From positions 20,212,001 to 20,276,000 of the forward strand of contig OX597838.1 of NCBI GenBank assembly GCA_951406725.2: 64,000 nt of DNA, read 5' to 3'. Source of the DNA: Octopus vulgaris (lineage: Eukaryota). The notes beneath the pieces are model-generated. The model did not search any database, was not told where the DNA came from, and was given only the letters and a program-made list of their open reading frames with translations. The translations under genes and the position numbers were made by a program. Positions 37,213 through 54,381 of the stretch are shown one piece after another. Positions within the stretch are counted from its first letter, which is position 1. Each line of letters begins with the position of its first letter.

Positions 37213-39816
37213 TGGATCTCCGCCGTTTTTCGAAATGATTCTGTTCTATCAATTAAACAATCTGCTCCTAAACTAACGAGAAGGTGGTTGAGTATTCCGG
37301 AGACACGTATGCACTTAATGCCATTCTTAGGCATAATCGGCATGAATACAGTATGTGACAAGGCTGTGCTTTTTTAGTTACAAGTATGGACCACCCGTCT
37401 GCTCAGTTTCAATCACAAAGTACGGGTGGATCCAAAGCCATAGCAAATGGCACTTGCTCAAGTACCACGCAATGAGATCGAACCTGGGACTTCGAAATTA
37501 CGATGTGATTTTAACTGTTCGGCTATACCGCTGGGACGGATGGACAGTTGGGTGAGCAGGTGGATGGACGGGCGAACGGACGGACCGACGAACGGGTCAG
37601 CTGGACGGGCAAACGGTCAGACGGACGGACGAATGGTCGGGCGAACACAGATGGGGGAAAGGACAGACAAGCGGACGTAGGGACAGGCGGGTGGATAGAT
37701 GGACGGGGAGACGGATGAGGAGACGAATGGGGGACGGATGGAGGAGGGACGGGGTGCGGACGGGCGGATTCTTTATTCGTTTTCACCAGCGTAAAAAAAA
37801 ATCAGATCAAGGGGGAACAACTCTGTATCGAATATCAGAAATTGACTGCAGAAATTTTTTTATTGCAAACTTCTTTTAAGTGTTAACGACGCAAATTTCT
37901 TTCCAGTACTCTCCACATAATTGTACGCGGAAGTCAAAATAGCGAGGCATTAAAAATATCGGTGCCCTCGTATACTACATTGTAAATACAATGAACAGTA
38001 AAAAGGATAACACAAGAGAAACAAAGTCTCACAAATAAAGTATCCGATTAACACTTTCATGGAATGAAAAAGTGTTTTAACGTTTCGGGCGTTGGTTTTT
38101 CAGCAGAAGAAAGCCACAGACGATGACTTGCACTAATACAATATGTATATATCTTGTTTCAGCAGTTATTGAATCAGAAGCTTTAAAGGATTTCAATATT
38201 GTCCTGCTACTGATAAAAATGTCAAATATTCTCATTATCATTGTCGAACTTACATTGGAATCAATTATTGGATGAGTTTCCATATTTTACTCAAATCACA
38301 TAGAACTACATTGGTCATTGCCACCTGCTATATGCAAAAATATGGACAATATATGCAAGTATGTGTGTGTGTGTGTGTGTCTTCAGTCTTTTGATTTAGT
38401 CCATGATCCTCTCTCAACTGACCAAGATATTTTAAATTTTCATTGCATTTATCATCTTTCTGGTGTCGGAAAACGGATGTTGGTGCGTATGAGTCTGTTT
38501 TCAAACATAATTTTGGAGAACTGAAAAGGAAAATTTACGTCATCTTGTCTTACTCATTTTGCCCCATCTACATATGCGTTTTACATGCTCAAAGAGAACG
38601 GTGATAATTTTCTGAAATAATGTTCTGAATATGTTATAGTGTTTTTAAAACATTTAGAGAAAGTCATTTGTTTAACTTGTGGAGGTACATGGCCTAGTGA
38701 TTAGAGCAGCGGACTCGCGGTCGAGGGGTCGCGGGTTCAAATCTCAGACCGGGCGATGTGTGTGTTTATGAGCGAAACATCTAAGCTCCGCGCGGCTCCG
38801 GCAGAAGATAAGGGTGAACTTCTGCTGACTCTCTCGCTACAAGTTTTTCTCACTCTTTCCCCCTGCATCATGCAGCTCACCTGCGAAGGACTGGCGTCCC
38901 GACCAGGTGGGGGAACCTATGCGCCAAGGAAAGCGGCCCTATGAGCCAGGCATGGCTCGAGAAGGAACAAACATTTGTTTAACTTATATAGTTTGTGTGT
39001 GCGCTTTGAGTCTTGATGTAGTCAAGTTTCGTTAATTTCATATCAGGTGTCATTTTTCCACGAGCCTCTTTCAAATGAACTTAGATGTTTTAAATTCTCG
39101 TCGCATTTCTCACTTTTCTGATATCAAAAGATGGATGTTGATGTGTATGACTCTGCGTTTCAAATGTTATTCTAGAAAACTGAAAAAGCAAATTTATCTT
39201 ATCTTGTCTTACTCATTTTGCCCCACCTAAATTTGCCCTTATAAGCATTTTTAGAGAGTTACTTCCCTTATATAACCCGAGCAAAAATCATTAAAAATGC
39301 GGATAAAGGATGGTAAATGTTTTTTTAAATCGTAGACTCATCGTTGACGCGCGCTAATACCCAGAAGGGCTAGATATGAATGACGACTATAAGATACCCG
39401 CTTTTGGTTAAACTGCACTGCAAAATGTGGGAGTAGTTAGGAATCTAAATCGGAGGAGACAGAGTCTCACACACACAACTTCAATTTTATATATAAAGAT
39501 ATATATAATATATATAAATATATATAACAAAACAGGTCAATGGACATTTTTGGGTATTATTTATTCTCTATTTTACGTGTTTTATTTCCTAATAGGAATT
39601 ACAATTAATGAATGAAACATGTGTAAAGGAAAATAGTACCAGAAGAATTTCATTTTCCTGCTTTATTTTTTACAATAACTCTGCCAAACGTATTTCCATA
39701 ATTCTCAATTTCAATATGTATTTTGATTAAAAGCAACAATGGATACATATTGATTGTAATAATGGAATAAACATGAATTTCAAGAGGAAACAGCTGGTAT
39801 TCACCCTAACTACCTA

Positions 39817-39872
<56 letters not shown>

Positions 39873-39949
39873 TAAAATGTAACTACAGGTGGATGTTGGC
39901 GATTCTCCCCCCTCTTTCTTCCTTTTCTTTTGGACTTTCCTATGTCTCC

Positions 39950-39986
39950 TGTTTCTGACGAAGAACTTTGCTCGAAACGTAAAGCA
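39950..39986 (+). ncRNA. Minimal hammerhead ribozyme motif in a Penelope-like terminal repeat fragment
   Basis: TGTTT-CTGACGA-A-GAAC-TTT-GCTC-GAAA-CG-TA-AAGCA. Confidence 0.7.
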
Positions 39987-40063
39987 ACCACTCTCTCTTT
40001 CCTTCTCTGAGCGTCTTATTAATACTTTGCGTTGTTTTTTTCTTGTCTTTTTTCTCTATTTTT

Positions 40064-40103
<40 letters not shown>

Positions 40104-40639
40104 CAATGATAAATCTCAGAGCGAGTAATAAACAGTAGCGGTAACACATCGTGATGCATATTTGCCATTTGAATATGGCTAACCCATAAGGGTGGATGCT
40201 ACTGTAGTTTGTAGCCCCAGGAAGATATCTCCTCCAGCTGGCTATATATATATAAATAGGTTTGAGAGACAGAACCACCTTCAAGCAACTCAAACAACAT
40301 TGAACGACATTATCTATGATAGAGATATATAAGATTAACTTTTATCAAAATTAATATCAACAATTACGATTCTGAATCATATATTAAATTATTTAGGCAA
40401 CGCGCGTTTCATGACAATATATCTATCTATCGGTATTGCTGAAATAGAAGGTCTCGAAATTCAACCATTAGAAAAAGTTTTGATCGATTTTCTCGGTAAC
40501 TATGGAGGGTAGGAAAAAAAATAGAAACCGCATTCCACTGAATGCATCCGTCTTCACATGTGAGCTGTTTTTCACGCGAATCCAACCTGCCGTTTGACTG
40601 TGAACCTCAAGACAAGAAAGAATATAACGATCGCCCATG

Positions 40640-40695
<56 letters not shown>

Positions 40696-40760
40696 ATATT
40701 TCGGAATGGTCATATTGCCAGTTTAGCCAATAAAAAATCTTGCACAACAAATATTTAAAC

Positions 40761-40832
<72 letters not shown>

Positions 40833-40892
40833 ATAGATATAGACATGTATTTATACATATATATATATACATGTTTCTTCACACTCACATGT

Positions 40893-40927
<35 letters not shown>

Positions 40928-40937
40928 TTATATATAA

Positions 40938-40994
<57 letters not shown>

Positions 40995-41017
40995 GTATAT
41001 ATATATATATATAGACA

Positions 41018-41058
<41 letters not shown>

Positions 41059-41285
41059 GTATATATATATATACATACATACACACACGCACACACACAC
41101 ATATACATGTATGTATGCATGTGCGTGTACGCATTCTTGTATTGATTCACATGACCGTCTTCGCTTACGTCATTTGTTGTATCATTTTGTAACTGAAGTG
41201 GTTTTAATGGAATCAACAGCACAAAACATTCTTTGTTTTAAGTAGAGACACTTTGTGCCGTCGAAAAGTAGCAGCAATCACACAA

Positions 41286-41316
<31 letters not shown>

Positions 41317-41721
41317 AAGAAAACAAAATCGTAATTGAATTGGGAGATGTGTATGGGGAAAAAACACACACAAAAAAAACCGAGGACACAAAACCGTTTC
41401 GTCTGAATTTCTCCTTTGTCTATATTCACAACACAATTTTACTTTTTTATTTTTTATCAGAATTACAATAAGGAAATGTCCAAATTTGTAAATTTAAACG
41501 TTACTGGTTGAGTGAAAAAGAGGAGTTCCCATTAACAACTTAACAATCATATCGCCGCAAGTTGAAGCAGTCCCGATTATATGAAGTGGATGTCTGTACG
41601 CGTAATATATGGGATGTTTTAAAATGACTCAAGTAGTATATGATTCGTGTTAATAGATAAACGATTTTTGGTGCCACTTTGGCGCGCGGTCTACTTGACC
41701 ATTTACACCTTTAGCCTGCAG

Positions 41722-41793
41722 TCTAACTCTAATCTTAACCCTAACCCTTAACCTAAACCCTAACCTTAACCACTAAGCTTAAGCACTAACCCT
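41722..41793. repeat. Degenerate interstitial telomere-like (TAACCC)n
   Basis: ttaaccctaacccttaacctaaaccctaaccttaacc. Confidence 0.7.
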
Positions 41794-42907
41794 TGTCATA
41801 AATTCTTATTTCTTTATTGCCCACAAGGGGCTAAACATAGAGGGGACAAACAAGGACAGACAAACGGATCAAGTCGATTAAATCGACCCCAATGCGTAAC
41901 TGGTACTTATTTAATCGACCCCGAAAGAATGAAAGGCAAAGTCGACCTCGGCGGAATTTGAACTCAGAACGTAGCGGAAGACGAAATACCTATTTCTTTA
42001 CTATCCACAAGGGGCTAAACGCAGAGAGGACAAACAAGGACAGACAAACGGATTAAGTCGATTATATCGACCCCAGTGCTTAACAGGTACTTAATTTATC
42101 GACCCCGAAAGGATGAAAGGCAAAGTCGACCTCGGCGGAATTTGAACTCAGAACGTAACGGCAGACGAAATACGGCTACGCATTTCGCCCGGCGTGCTAA
42201 CGTTTCTGCCGGCTGCCGCCTTATTTTAGTCATAAATTCTAGTCTAACCCAAACGTTGAACTCACGTATCTGAATCGAACCGGAGACGAACCGAATCGAA
42301 TCGCCAGTCTATGGCTATATATATAAATGATGCAAAAACCATTTGCTGGTATGCCACGGCGATGCATACGTAAGACTAAATTAAAGAAAGGAGTTTGATC
42401 AAATACGTTTCATGGTTTATTGTCCACTCTTCAAACACTATCCATTTCAACGAAGTAGTGGCTTGTGACTGATTTAAATGGCGATTGCTATGACATTTTC
42501 TTCATATGTAGAAGGATGAGGATGATTGTCTTCCGACGAGTAGCCAATCAGTCATGAAACCTGTTAGGAAACAATCTCTTAATATTTTATGTTTGTCAAG
42601 AGAATAACAAGACGGATTCACACCGGTTCATTTTTCTCAGGGTAGACATTACAAACAATACAGATCAAATCTATTTTCGATTTTCTAACACACACGATTT
42701 ATTCTTTTATTCTTTTACTTGTTTCAGTCATCAGAGTGCGGCCATGCTGGGGTACCGCTTTGAAGAATTTTAGCATAATAAATCAGCCCCACTACTTTTA
42801 TTTTTTAAGTTGATACTTATTTTATAAGTCTTTTATGCCGAACCGCCAAGTTACGGTTAATTCCACCCCGCCACACTGGTTATCAAGCGGTAGTGGAGAA
42901 ATCACAG

Positions 42908-43033
<126 letters not shown>

Positions 43034-44135
43034 TCACACGCACACACACATACGACGGCTTTTTTTTCAGTTTCCGTCTGCCAAATCCACTCACAAGGCT
43101 TTGGGCGGCGGCTATATTAGACGACACTTACCCAATGTGTCACGCAGTGGGATTGAACCCGGAACCATGTGGTTGGGAAGCAAGCTTCTTACCACACACC
43201 CACGCCTGCGCTTATTCGTGTATAAAAATATTTTCCCGGATTTAGAAGATCCTCCACAACTGCTAAACATTTTCCTTCTACAACTAATAACACTAAGCCA
43301 ATCTGCTAATATGCCTTAAATTATTCTCATTATATTGTAATTAGCTGAGTCACCATCAATTTATACTAATATTCCGTTAGTGTAAGGCGACGAGGTGACA
43401 TAATCGTTAGCACACTGGGGGAGATGCTTAGCGGCATTCCATCCATCCGTTGTGAGTTCAAATTCCGCCGAGGTTGACTTTGTCTTTCATCCTTTCGGGG
43501 TCGATAAATTAAGTACCAGTTACGCACTGGGGTCGATGTAATCGACTTAATACCTATGTCTGTCCTTGTTTGTCCCCTCTATGTTTAGCCCCTTGTGGGT
43601 AATAAAGAAATAGAAATAGGCATTCCATCCGTCTTTACGTTCTGAGTTCAAATTCAGCCGAGGTCGATTTTACCTTTTATCCTTTCGGGTTCGATAAAAT
43701 ATAAAAAACAAACAGTTGAGTACTGGGGTCGACGCAATCGACTCATCCCCATCTCGAAACTGCTGACCTTGTGCTGAAGTCCCAAATCAGTATTCCGTTA
43801 GTTCGGTAATAATCTTACGGAACACTGTTATCAGGAAGAATTCGATTAATGAATAGGAGCAGGAGTGACTGTGCGGTAAGAATCTTGCTTCCCAACCACA
43901 TGGTTCGGGGTTCAGTACCACTTCATGGCACCTTGGACAAGTGTCTTCTACTACTACCTCGGGTCAGGCCGACCAAAGCCTTGTGAGTGGATTTGGTTGA
44001 CAGAAACTGAAAGAAGCTCGTCATATATATATATATATATATATATATTCTTTCCTTCTTTCCTGAGCGTCCAATAATACTATATTTGTTCCACGTCCTC
44101 GCGTTGTTGTGTTTTTTTGTGCTTCTTGGTTGGAT

Positions 44136-44252
<117 letters not shown>

Positions 44253-44929
44253 TGGCTGTGTTGTAAGAAGCTTGCTTCCCAGCCACATGGTCTCGGGTTC
44301 AATCCCATTTGGGCCGACCAAAGTCTTGTGAATGGATTTGGTTGGCGGAAAATTGAAAGAAGCCCGTCGTATATAAATATATATATATATATATATTTGT
44401 GTGTCAGTGTTTGTTCCCCCGCCACCGTCGCTTGATGAGCGATGTTGGTGTGTTTATGTCCCCGTAACTTATGTATGTATGTATGTATGTATGTATGTGT
44501 ATGTGTGATTTGTGTCTGTCCACCCATCATCGCTTGGCAACCGGTGTTGGTGTGTTTGTGTCTCCATAACTTAGTGGTTCGACAAAAAACCAATAGAATA
44601 AGTACTAAGCTTAAGAAATAAATCTAAATAAATAGATTTGTTCGGCTACTGCCCTACAAGGCGGTGCTCCAGCATGGCCACAGTCAAATGACTGAAACAA
44701 GTAAAAGAATAAAAGAACACACACACACACACACACGCAAATAAACAAATTATGTAACCAATAATGTTAACACGTTCTTTCTAGTTCATTGATGTACAAA
44801 GAGAAATGTAGAGGAGTTTCGTGACGAACTGTTTTATGGATTGTTGACTGCTCTTCAAAGACGTTCCCAGCTTCCTCTGCGAATCATCAATAACATTGAT
44901 CGTTGTCGCCGTCGTCATCGTCGTTCTCC

Positions 44930-47107
<2,178 letters not shown>

Positions 47108-47574
47108 AAATTAGTAATCGGGGTAAAATGAGTAATTTCCAATTTCTCGTTATTTTCTCCCTAATATTTAGCAATCATTACGTTGCAAGTATTGCACCAT
47201 CATTTTATATTGTTGCATCATCTTTGGCAGTAAATATTGGTTAACATAGTTCAGAGAGTTTGGAACACAGTCATGTGACACGTAGTTTTTTTTTTTTCTA
47301 GAAAATTTACCTCAACTCAGGTCCGATTGAAGTTGCCAATAAAATATCTGAACAAGTTTTGGTGTTTAACAGTGGATTCCAAGTCATTTTTTCCTCCACA
47401 CTAATGTCTAATTTGATAATCTGCAGTTTTCGAAAAACGATGCCTAAAATAGAGTAAAACGAACCATGACTAATTTCAATAATTTCTTCTCTTTAACTGC
47501 ACTGGCCCGTAAGTATATCGGGAACAGAGCCACTCCCGCAGATCGTGAAGAAGCTATAGAGAATATTTTACGTT

Positions 47575-47945
47575 GAGTTTTTTTTATCTATTCAGTTGAT
47601 TTTCCTTAGTTTTATATCATGTGCATTTTTTCCAAGATCCTCTTCCACTTGACCGAGATATTTTAAATTTTTGTCGCATATTTGATCTTTCTGGTGTCTA
47701 GGGAACGATATCGATGTGTATGAGTCCGTTTTCAAATGTAATTTTTGAGAAGTGAAGAGGCAAATTTACCTTGTCTTGTCTTACTCATTTTGCCCCAACT
47801 AAATTTAGCTTTTATATCTTCCAAGAGAACGGAGATAATTTTCTGAAATAATGTTCTGAATATGTTACAGAGTTTTTAATGCTTTTAGAGATCATTTGTT
47901 TAGCTGCTATAGGTTTTGTTAGATTGTGAACATTTATAAAAAAAA
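47575..47945. repeat. Unclassified dispersed repeat, probably DNA-transposon derived; copies ~38385-38680 and ~39020-39240
   Basis: Shared TCTTGTCTTACTCATTTTGCCCCA and GAGAACGG.GATAATTTTCTGAAATAATGTTCTGAATATGTTA. Confidence 0.7.
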
Positions 47946-48002
47946 TATTGTTTTTCTCAAAGTTAAAAATGCAGTAAAACTCTTCATTATGCCTCACTTA
48001 CC

Positions 48003-48591
<589 letters not shown>

Positions 48592-48829
48592 ATATATATA
48601 TAAGGCGACGAGCTGGCAGAAACGTTAGCACGCCGGGCGAAACGCGTAGCCGTATTTCGTCTGCCGTTACGTTCTGAGTTCAAATTCCGCCAAGGTCGAC
48701 TTTGCCTTTCATCCTTTCGGGGTCAATAAATTAAGTACCAGTTACGCACTGGGGTCGATGGAATCGACTTAATGGCTTTGTCTGTCCTTGTTTGTCCCCT
48801 CTGTGTTTAGCCCCTTGTGGGTAGTAAAG

Positions 48830-48932
<103 letters not shown>

Positions 48933-49685
48933 TATGTGTATATATATATATGTGTGTGTGTGTATATATATGTATATATTGTGTAGGCGTGGTAGTGTGG
49001 TAAAAAGTTTACCTCCCAAAGAACCTTCCGGGTTCAGTCCCACTGCGTGACACCTTGGGCAAGTGTCTTCTACAAAAGCCACGGGCCGACCAATTTGGTC
49101 GACGGAAACGAGAAGAAAGCAGTCATATATATATATATATATATATATATGATGTATTGCCTCGTTGCGAATGACAAATGTGGGTTCAGGAAAATGAAGC
49201 GGTAGTCATGTTGTATGGACTCGAATGTGTCTCTTGAGGCCTGCTGATGCTTTACAAACCTTTTGACAAACGGAACAAGCTGGGGATTCAGTTTGCTCGA
49301 GTGCTTGTGCTTATGAATAATTCATGATGTGTTTTTGTGGGTGAACGGCAAGGTCAGCATAACTCCGCACCACAAAACCGCAATGTAAAGTAAAGTTTTC
49401 ATTTAGAGGAGCGGCGTTTTGTCAGCGTGCCTTCATGCTTATGCGAAATTGGTCTTGGTGTGTATGTAAGAAAAGACATGATAAAGGAATGAACGATTGC
49501 GCAGGAGTGGCTGTGTGGTAAGTAGCTTGCTTACCAACAACATGGTTCCGGTTTCTGTCCCACTGCGTGGCACCTTGGGCAAGTGTCTTCTACTATAGCC
49601 TCGGGCCGACTAAAGCCTTGTGAGTGGATTTGGTAGACGGAAGCTGAAAGAAGCCCGTCGTATATGTGTGTGTGTGTGCGGCGTG

Positions 49686-49730
<45 letters not shown>

Positions 49731-50163
49731 ATGTGTGTGTATGTTTGTGTGTCTTTGTTTGTCCCCCAACATCGCTTGACAACAGATGGTGGTGTGTTTA
49801 CGTCCCCGTTACTTAGCGGTTCGGCAAAAGAGACCGATAGAATAAGTACTAGGCTTCCAAAGAATAAGTCTTGGGGTCGATTTGCTCGACTAAAGGCGGT
49901 GCTCCAGCATGGCCGCAGTCAAATGACTGAAACAAGTAAAAGATAAAAACCTAATGAAATTTATAAGATAATCGTTTAATCCTTTGTCATCTCTTTTCTT
50001 TATGTATTACCACTTTGTACTCGACTAACGCTTCGTTCAGAAGTATACCTATATTGAGTCCTACACCGGGTTACTAATGTATCGCAGTTGCAGACACCCC
50101 AAAAGCCTGGAACTCCTAAACCAGGGCCTCACTACTGGATGCAGTTTAAAGTCATATAGAGGG

Positions 50164-50214
<51 letters not shown>

Positions 50215-50244
50215 GTGTGTTGTGTATCAATGATTCATTGTGAA

Positions 50245-50701
50245 AGAGGAAGGCAAAGAAGAAGACAAAGGGAAGAGGAAAAAGAAGAGAAATAGAAGAG
50301 GTAGAGGAAGGCGATGAGGAGGAAGACTAAGAAGAGAAAGGGATGGAGGAAAAGGAGGAGGAGGAGGAGGAAGAAAAGGAAGAAGAGGAGGCAGAAGAGG
50401 AAGAAGAATAAGAAAAAGTAGAAGAAGAAAAGGAAGAAGAAGAAGAAAAAGTAGAAGAAGAAAAGGAAGAAGAAGAAGAAAAAATTGGAAGAAGAAAAGG
50501 AAGAAGAAAAGGAAGAAGAAGAAAAAGTAGAAGAAGAAAAGGAAGAAGAGGAAGAAGAAGAAGAAAAAGTAGAAGAGGAAGAAGAAGAAAAGTAGAAGAA
50601 GAAAAGGAAGAAGAGGAAGAAGAAAAGTAGAAGAAGAAAAGGAAGAAGAAGAAGAAGAAGAAGAAGAGGAAAAAGAAAAGGAAGAAGAAGAAGAAGAGAA
50701 G

Positions 50702-50745
<44 letters not shown>

Positions 50746-51096
50746 AGAGGAAGAAGAAGAGCAGGAAGAAGAGGAAGAAGAAAAGTAGAAGAAGAAAAGG
50801 AAGAAGAGGAAGAAGAAGAAGGAGAAGAAGAAGAAGAAGAGGAAGAAGAAAAGGAAGAAGAAAAGGAAGAAGAAGAAGAAGAGGAAGAAGAAAAGGAAGA
50901 AGAAGAAGAAGAGAAGGAAGAAGAGGAGGAAGAAGAAGAAAAGTAGAAGAAGAAAAGGAAGAAGAAGAAGAAGAAGAAAAGTAGAAGAAAAGGAAGAAGA
51001 GGAAGAAGAGGAAGAAGAAGAAGAATAAAAGTAGAAGAAGAAAAGGAAGAAGAAGAAGAAGAAGAAGAAGAAGAAGAAGAAGAAGAAGAAGAAGAA

Positions 51097-51143
<47 letters not shown>

Positions 51144-51400
51144 AGAAGAAGAAGAAGAAGAAGAAGAAGAAAAGGAAGAAGAAGAAGAAGAAGAAAAGGA
51201 AGAAGAAGAAGAGGAAGAGGAAGAGGAAAAGAAGAGGAAGAGGAAGAGGAAGAAGGAAAGGAAGAAGAAGAAAAGAAGAAGAAAAGGAAGAAGAAGCAGA
51301 AAAGGAAGAAGAAGAAGAAGAAGAAGAAGAAGAAGAAGAAGAAGAAGAAGAAGAAGAAGAAGAAGAAGAAGAAGATGATGAAGAAGAAAAAGAAGAAAAC
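50245..51400 (+). repeat. ~1.15-kb almost pure polypurine (GAA)n-based compound tract
   Basis: Seen directly; recurring higher-order unit GAAAAGTAGAAGAAGAAAAGGAAGAA. Confidence 0.95.
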
Positions 51401-52635
51401 AATACGAATGTATTACCATCATCAAACGGATGTATGGTGAAGCGAACACAAATAAATATCGTCTGCACCAATGAATATATTCTGAAATGTCGTCATTTTT
51501 ACCCTTTCAAATTGGATGTTGTATCGTTTTACCGGCAATCCTAAATGTAAAATTAATTCAGTACATTTAGTATATAACCCAATTTATACACTCGTTTCTA
51601 CAGACTACAAAAACTCCCGTGCACATTTTATTAACCTTCAACGGTGTATAAATTGCATAAAGCGTAAAAAAACCCTATAAAACCCCTAACTTGGTGCTGG
51701 CGTAGGTGTATAAAAAGAAGACAAGGCGGCGAGCTGGCAGAATCGTTAGCACGCCGGACGAAATGCTTAGCGGTATTTCGTCTGCCACTACGTTCTGAGT
51801 TCAAATTCCGCCGAGGTCGACTTTACCTCTCATCCTTTCGGGGGTCGATTAAATAAGTACCAGTTACGCACTGGAGTCGATATAATCGAATAAATCCGTT
51901 TGTCTGTCCTTGTTTGTCCTCTCTGTGTTTGGCCCCTTGTGAGTAGTAAAGAAATAGGTGTATAAAAAGAAGTTTGCTTCTCATCTGCATGGTTCTATAT
52001 ACAGTCTTACTGCGTGGCACCTTGAACAAGTTTATCCACTATAGCTCTGGGCCGGCAAAAGGCTTACCAGTAAATTTGGCAGACAGAAACTGAAAGAAGC
52101 CCGTCATGTGTGTATGTGTGTGTGTGTGTGTGTGTGTGTTTGTGTGTGTATTTGCGTTTGTTCCCCTACGCTTGACAACCGGTGTAGGTTTGTTTACGTC
52201 CCTGTAACTTAGCTGTTCAGCAAAATAGACCGATCGAATAAGTACCAGGCGTTAAGAACTATTGGGGTACTGAACTCGATTCATTCAACTAAAACGCTTC
52301 AAAGACGTGCCCCAGCATGGCCGCAGTCTAATCACTGAAAAAAAGTAAAGAATAAAGATAAATACTCTTTTACTTGTTTCAGTCATTTGACTGCGGCCAT
52401 GCTGGAGCACCGCCTTTAACCGAGCAACTCGACCCCGGGACTTATTCTTTTGTAAGCCCAGTACTTATTCTATCGGTCTCTTTTGCCGAATCGCTAAGTA
52501 ACGGGGACGTAAACACACCAGCATCGGTTGTCAAGCAATGCTAGGGTGACAAACACAGACACACAAACACACACACTCATATATATATATATATATATAT
52601 ATCTCTTTTACTCTTTTACTCTTTTACTTGTTTCA

Positions 52636-52688
<53 letters not shown>

Positions 52689-53209
52689 CATATATACGAC
52701 GGGCTTCTTTCAGTTTCCGTCTACCAAATCCACTCACAAGGCTTTGGTCGGCCCGAGGCTATAGTAGAAGACACTTGCTCAAGGTGCCACGCAGTGGGAC
52801 TGAACCCGGAACCATGTGGTTGGTAATCAAGCTACTTACCACACAGCCACTCCTGCGCCTTTTCTGATTTTTTTTCTTTGTGAGGATGGCTGCAAGGAAG
52901 AGCAGTGTTCATATCTTTCGCAGGTCATCCAAGAACCCGTGAGACGGATATCATTAACGTCCATTCTCGAGCATTCGTTGTAAGTCAACATCTGCAGAAA
53001 TGATACGAACAGGGAGAGAATTCCTGAAGAATGGACTTCTGGGAAAGGAACGAAGGAAGGACTGGGTGTAGCGAGTAGTTCATATCATCCTGTTCGAAAG
53101 GTCCCTGAATAAGGATTGTTTGAGGATGTTGAACGAACCACCCATGTTTCCAAAGGTGAATTATCTAAACCTCCAAGAATTCCTCTCAACACACGGCTAT
53201 GATGCTCCC

Positions 53210-53270
<61 letters not shown>

Positions 53271-53316
53271 CACCACCACCACCACCACCACCACCACCAC
53301 CACAACCACCACCACA

Positions 53317-53351
<35 letters not shown>

Positions 53352-53387
53352 CACTACTACTACTACTACTACTACTTCTTCTTCTTC

Positions 53388-53470
<83 letters not shown>

Positions 53471-53629
53471 TTCAAATTTTCTTCCGTTTCTCGCCGAGTG
53501 TTTTCCATACACCTAGGGCAGAGAAGCTTATTGTATGCATTCCCAGATTACACACGCAAATTCACAGATAAAATATGTATTTAAAAATTAATAAATAAAT
53601 ATATTCATGGATGGATGTTATTATTGAGT

Positions 53630-54040
53630 GAGAGAGAGCAGCCCATGCCATCAAAGTAATACTGGGATAAAATATACGAAGCTCAGTATACCCACCATGA
53701 CTATTCGTCACATGCATCACAAACATTATGTGCGCGACATGGTGACCTTATATCAAAATAAACAGCACCTGACATTGCAGGTGGGGTTCAGTTAGAATTT
53801 TCTTCAGGTCGAGTAGCCCTTCCCGCTCAAAAGGTCCTTGAATAAGGTTTGTTTAAGGATAATCCCTCTCAACATGACTACGATGCTCCCCCACTACTTC
53901 TGCTCGTGATCAGAGATGCACATATCATCAGCCACTGAGGGACATGCTCAACTGGTTATGGTCAAACAACTGACAAGCAAATCTGTGGTATTGAGCAGAA
54001 TATTTGCTGTAGCCCATCTTTTATACTAAGACAATACTTA
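53630..54040. repeat. Unclassified dispersed repeat; pieces also at ~10598-10680, ~18160-18325, ~53085-53215
   Basis: Shared CAGAGATGCACATAT..CAGCCACT.AGGGACATGCTCAA.TGGTTA and CATGCCATCAAAGT..CTGGG segments. Confidence 0.7.
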
Positions 54041-54189
54041 TTATCGTCTTCTTCTTCTTCTTCTTCTTCTTCTTCTTCTTCTTCTTCTCATTCTTCTTCT
54101 TCTCATTCTTCTTCTTCTTCTTCTTCTTCTTCTTCTTCTTCTTCTTCTTCTTCTTCTTCTTCTTCTTCTTCTCCTTCTTCTTCCTCTTC

Positions 54190-54220
<31 letters not shown>

Positions 54221-54329
54221 CCATTTTCTTCTTCTTCCTCTTCATCATCATCATCATCATCATCATCATTTTCTTCTTCTTCTTCTCCTTCATCTTCATC
54301 ATCATCATCTTCTTCATCATCCATCATCA

Positions 54330-54381
<52 letters not shown>

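Noticed and set aside
50227-51471. 414-aa and 404-aa ORFs (poly-S/F/L)
   Set aside because: Stop-free translations of a (TTC)n tract with no protein-like complexity
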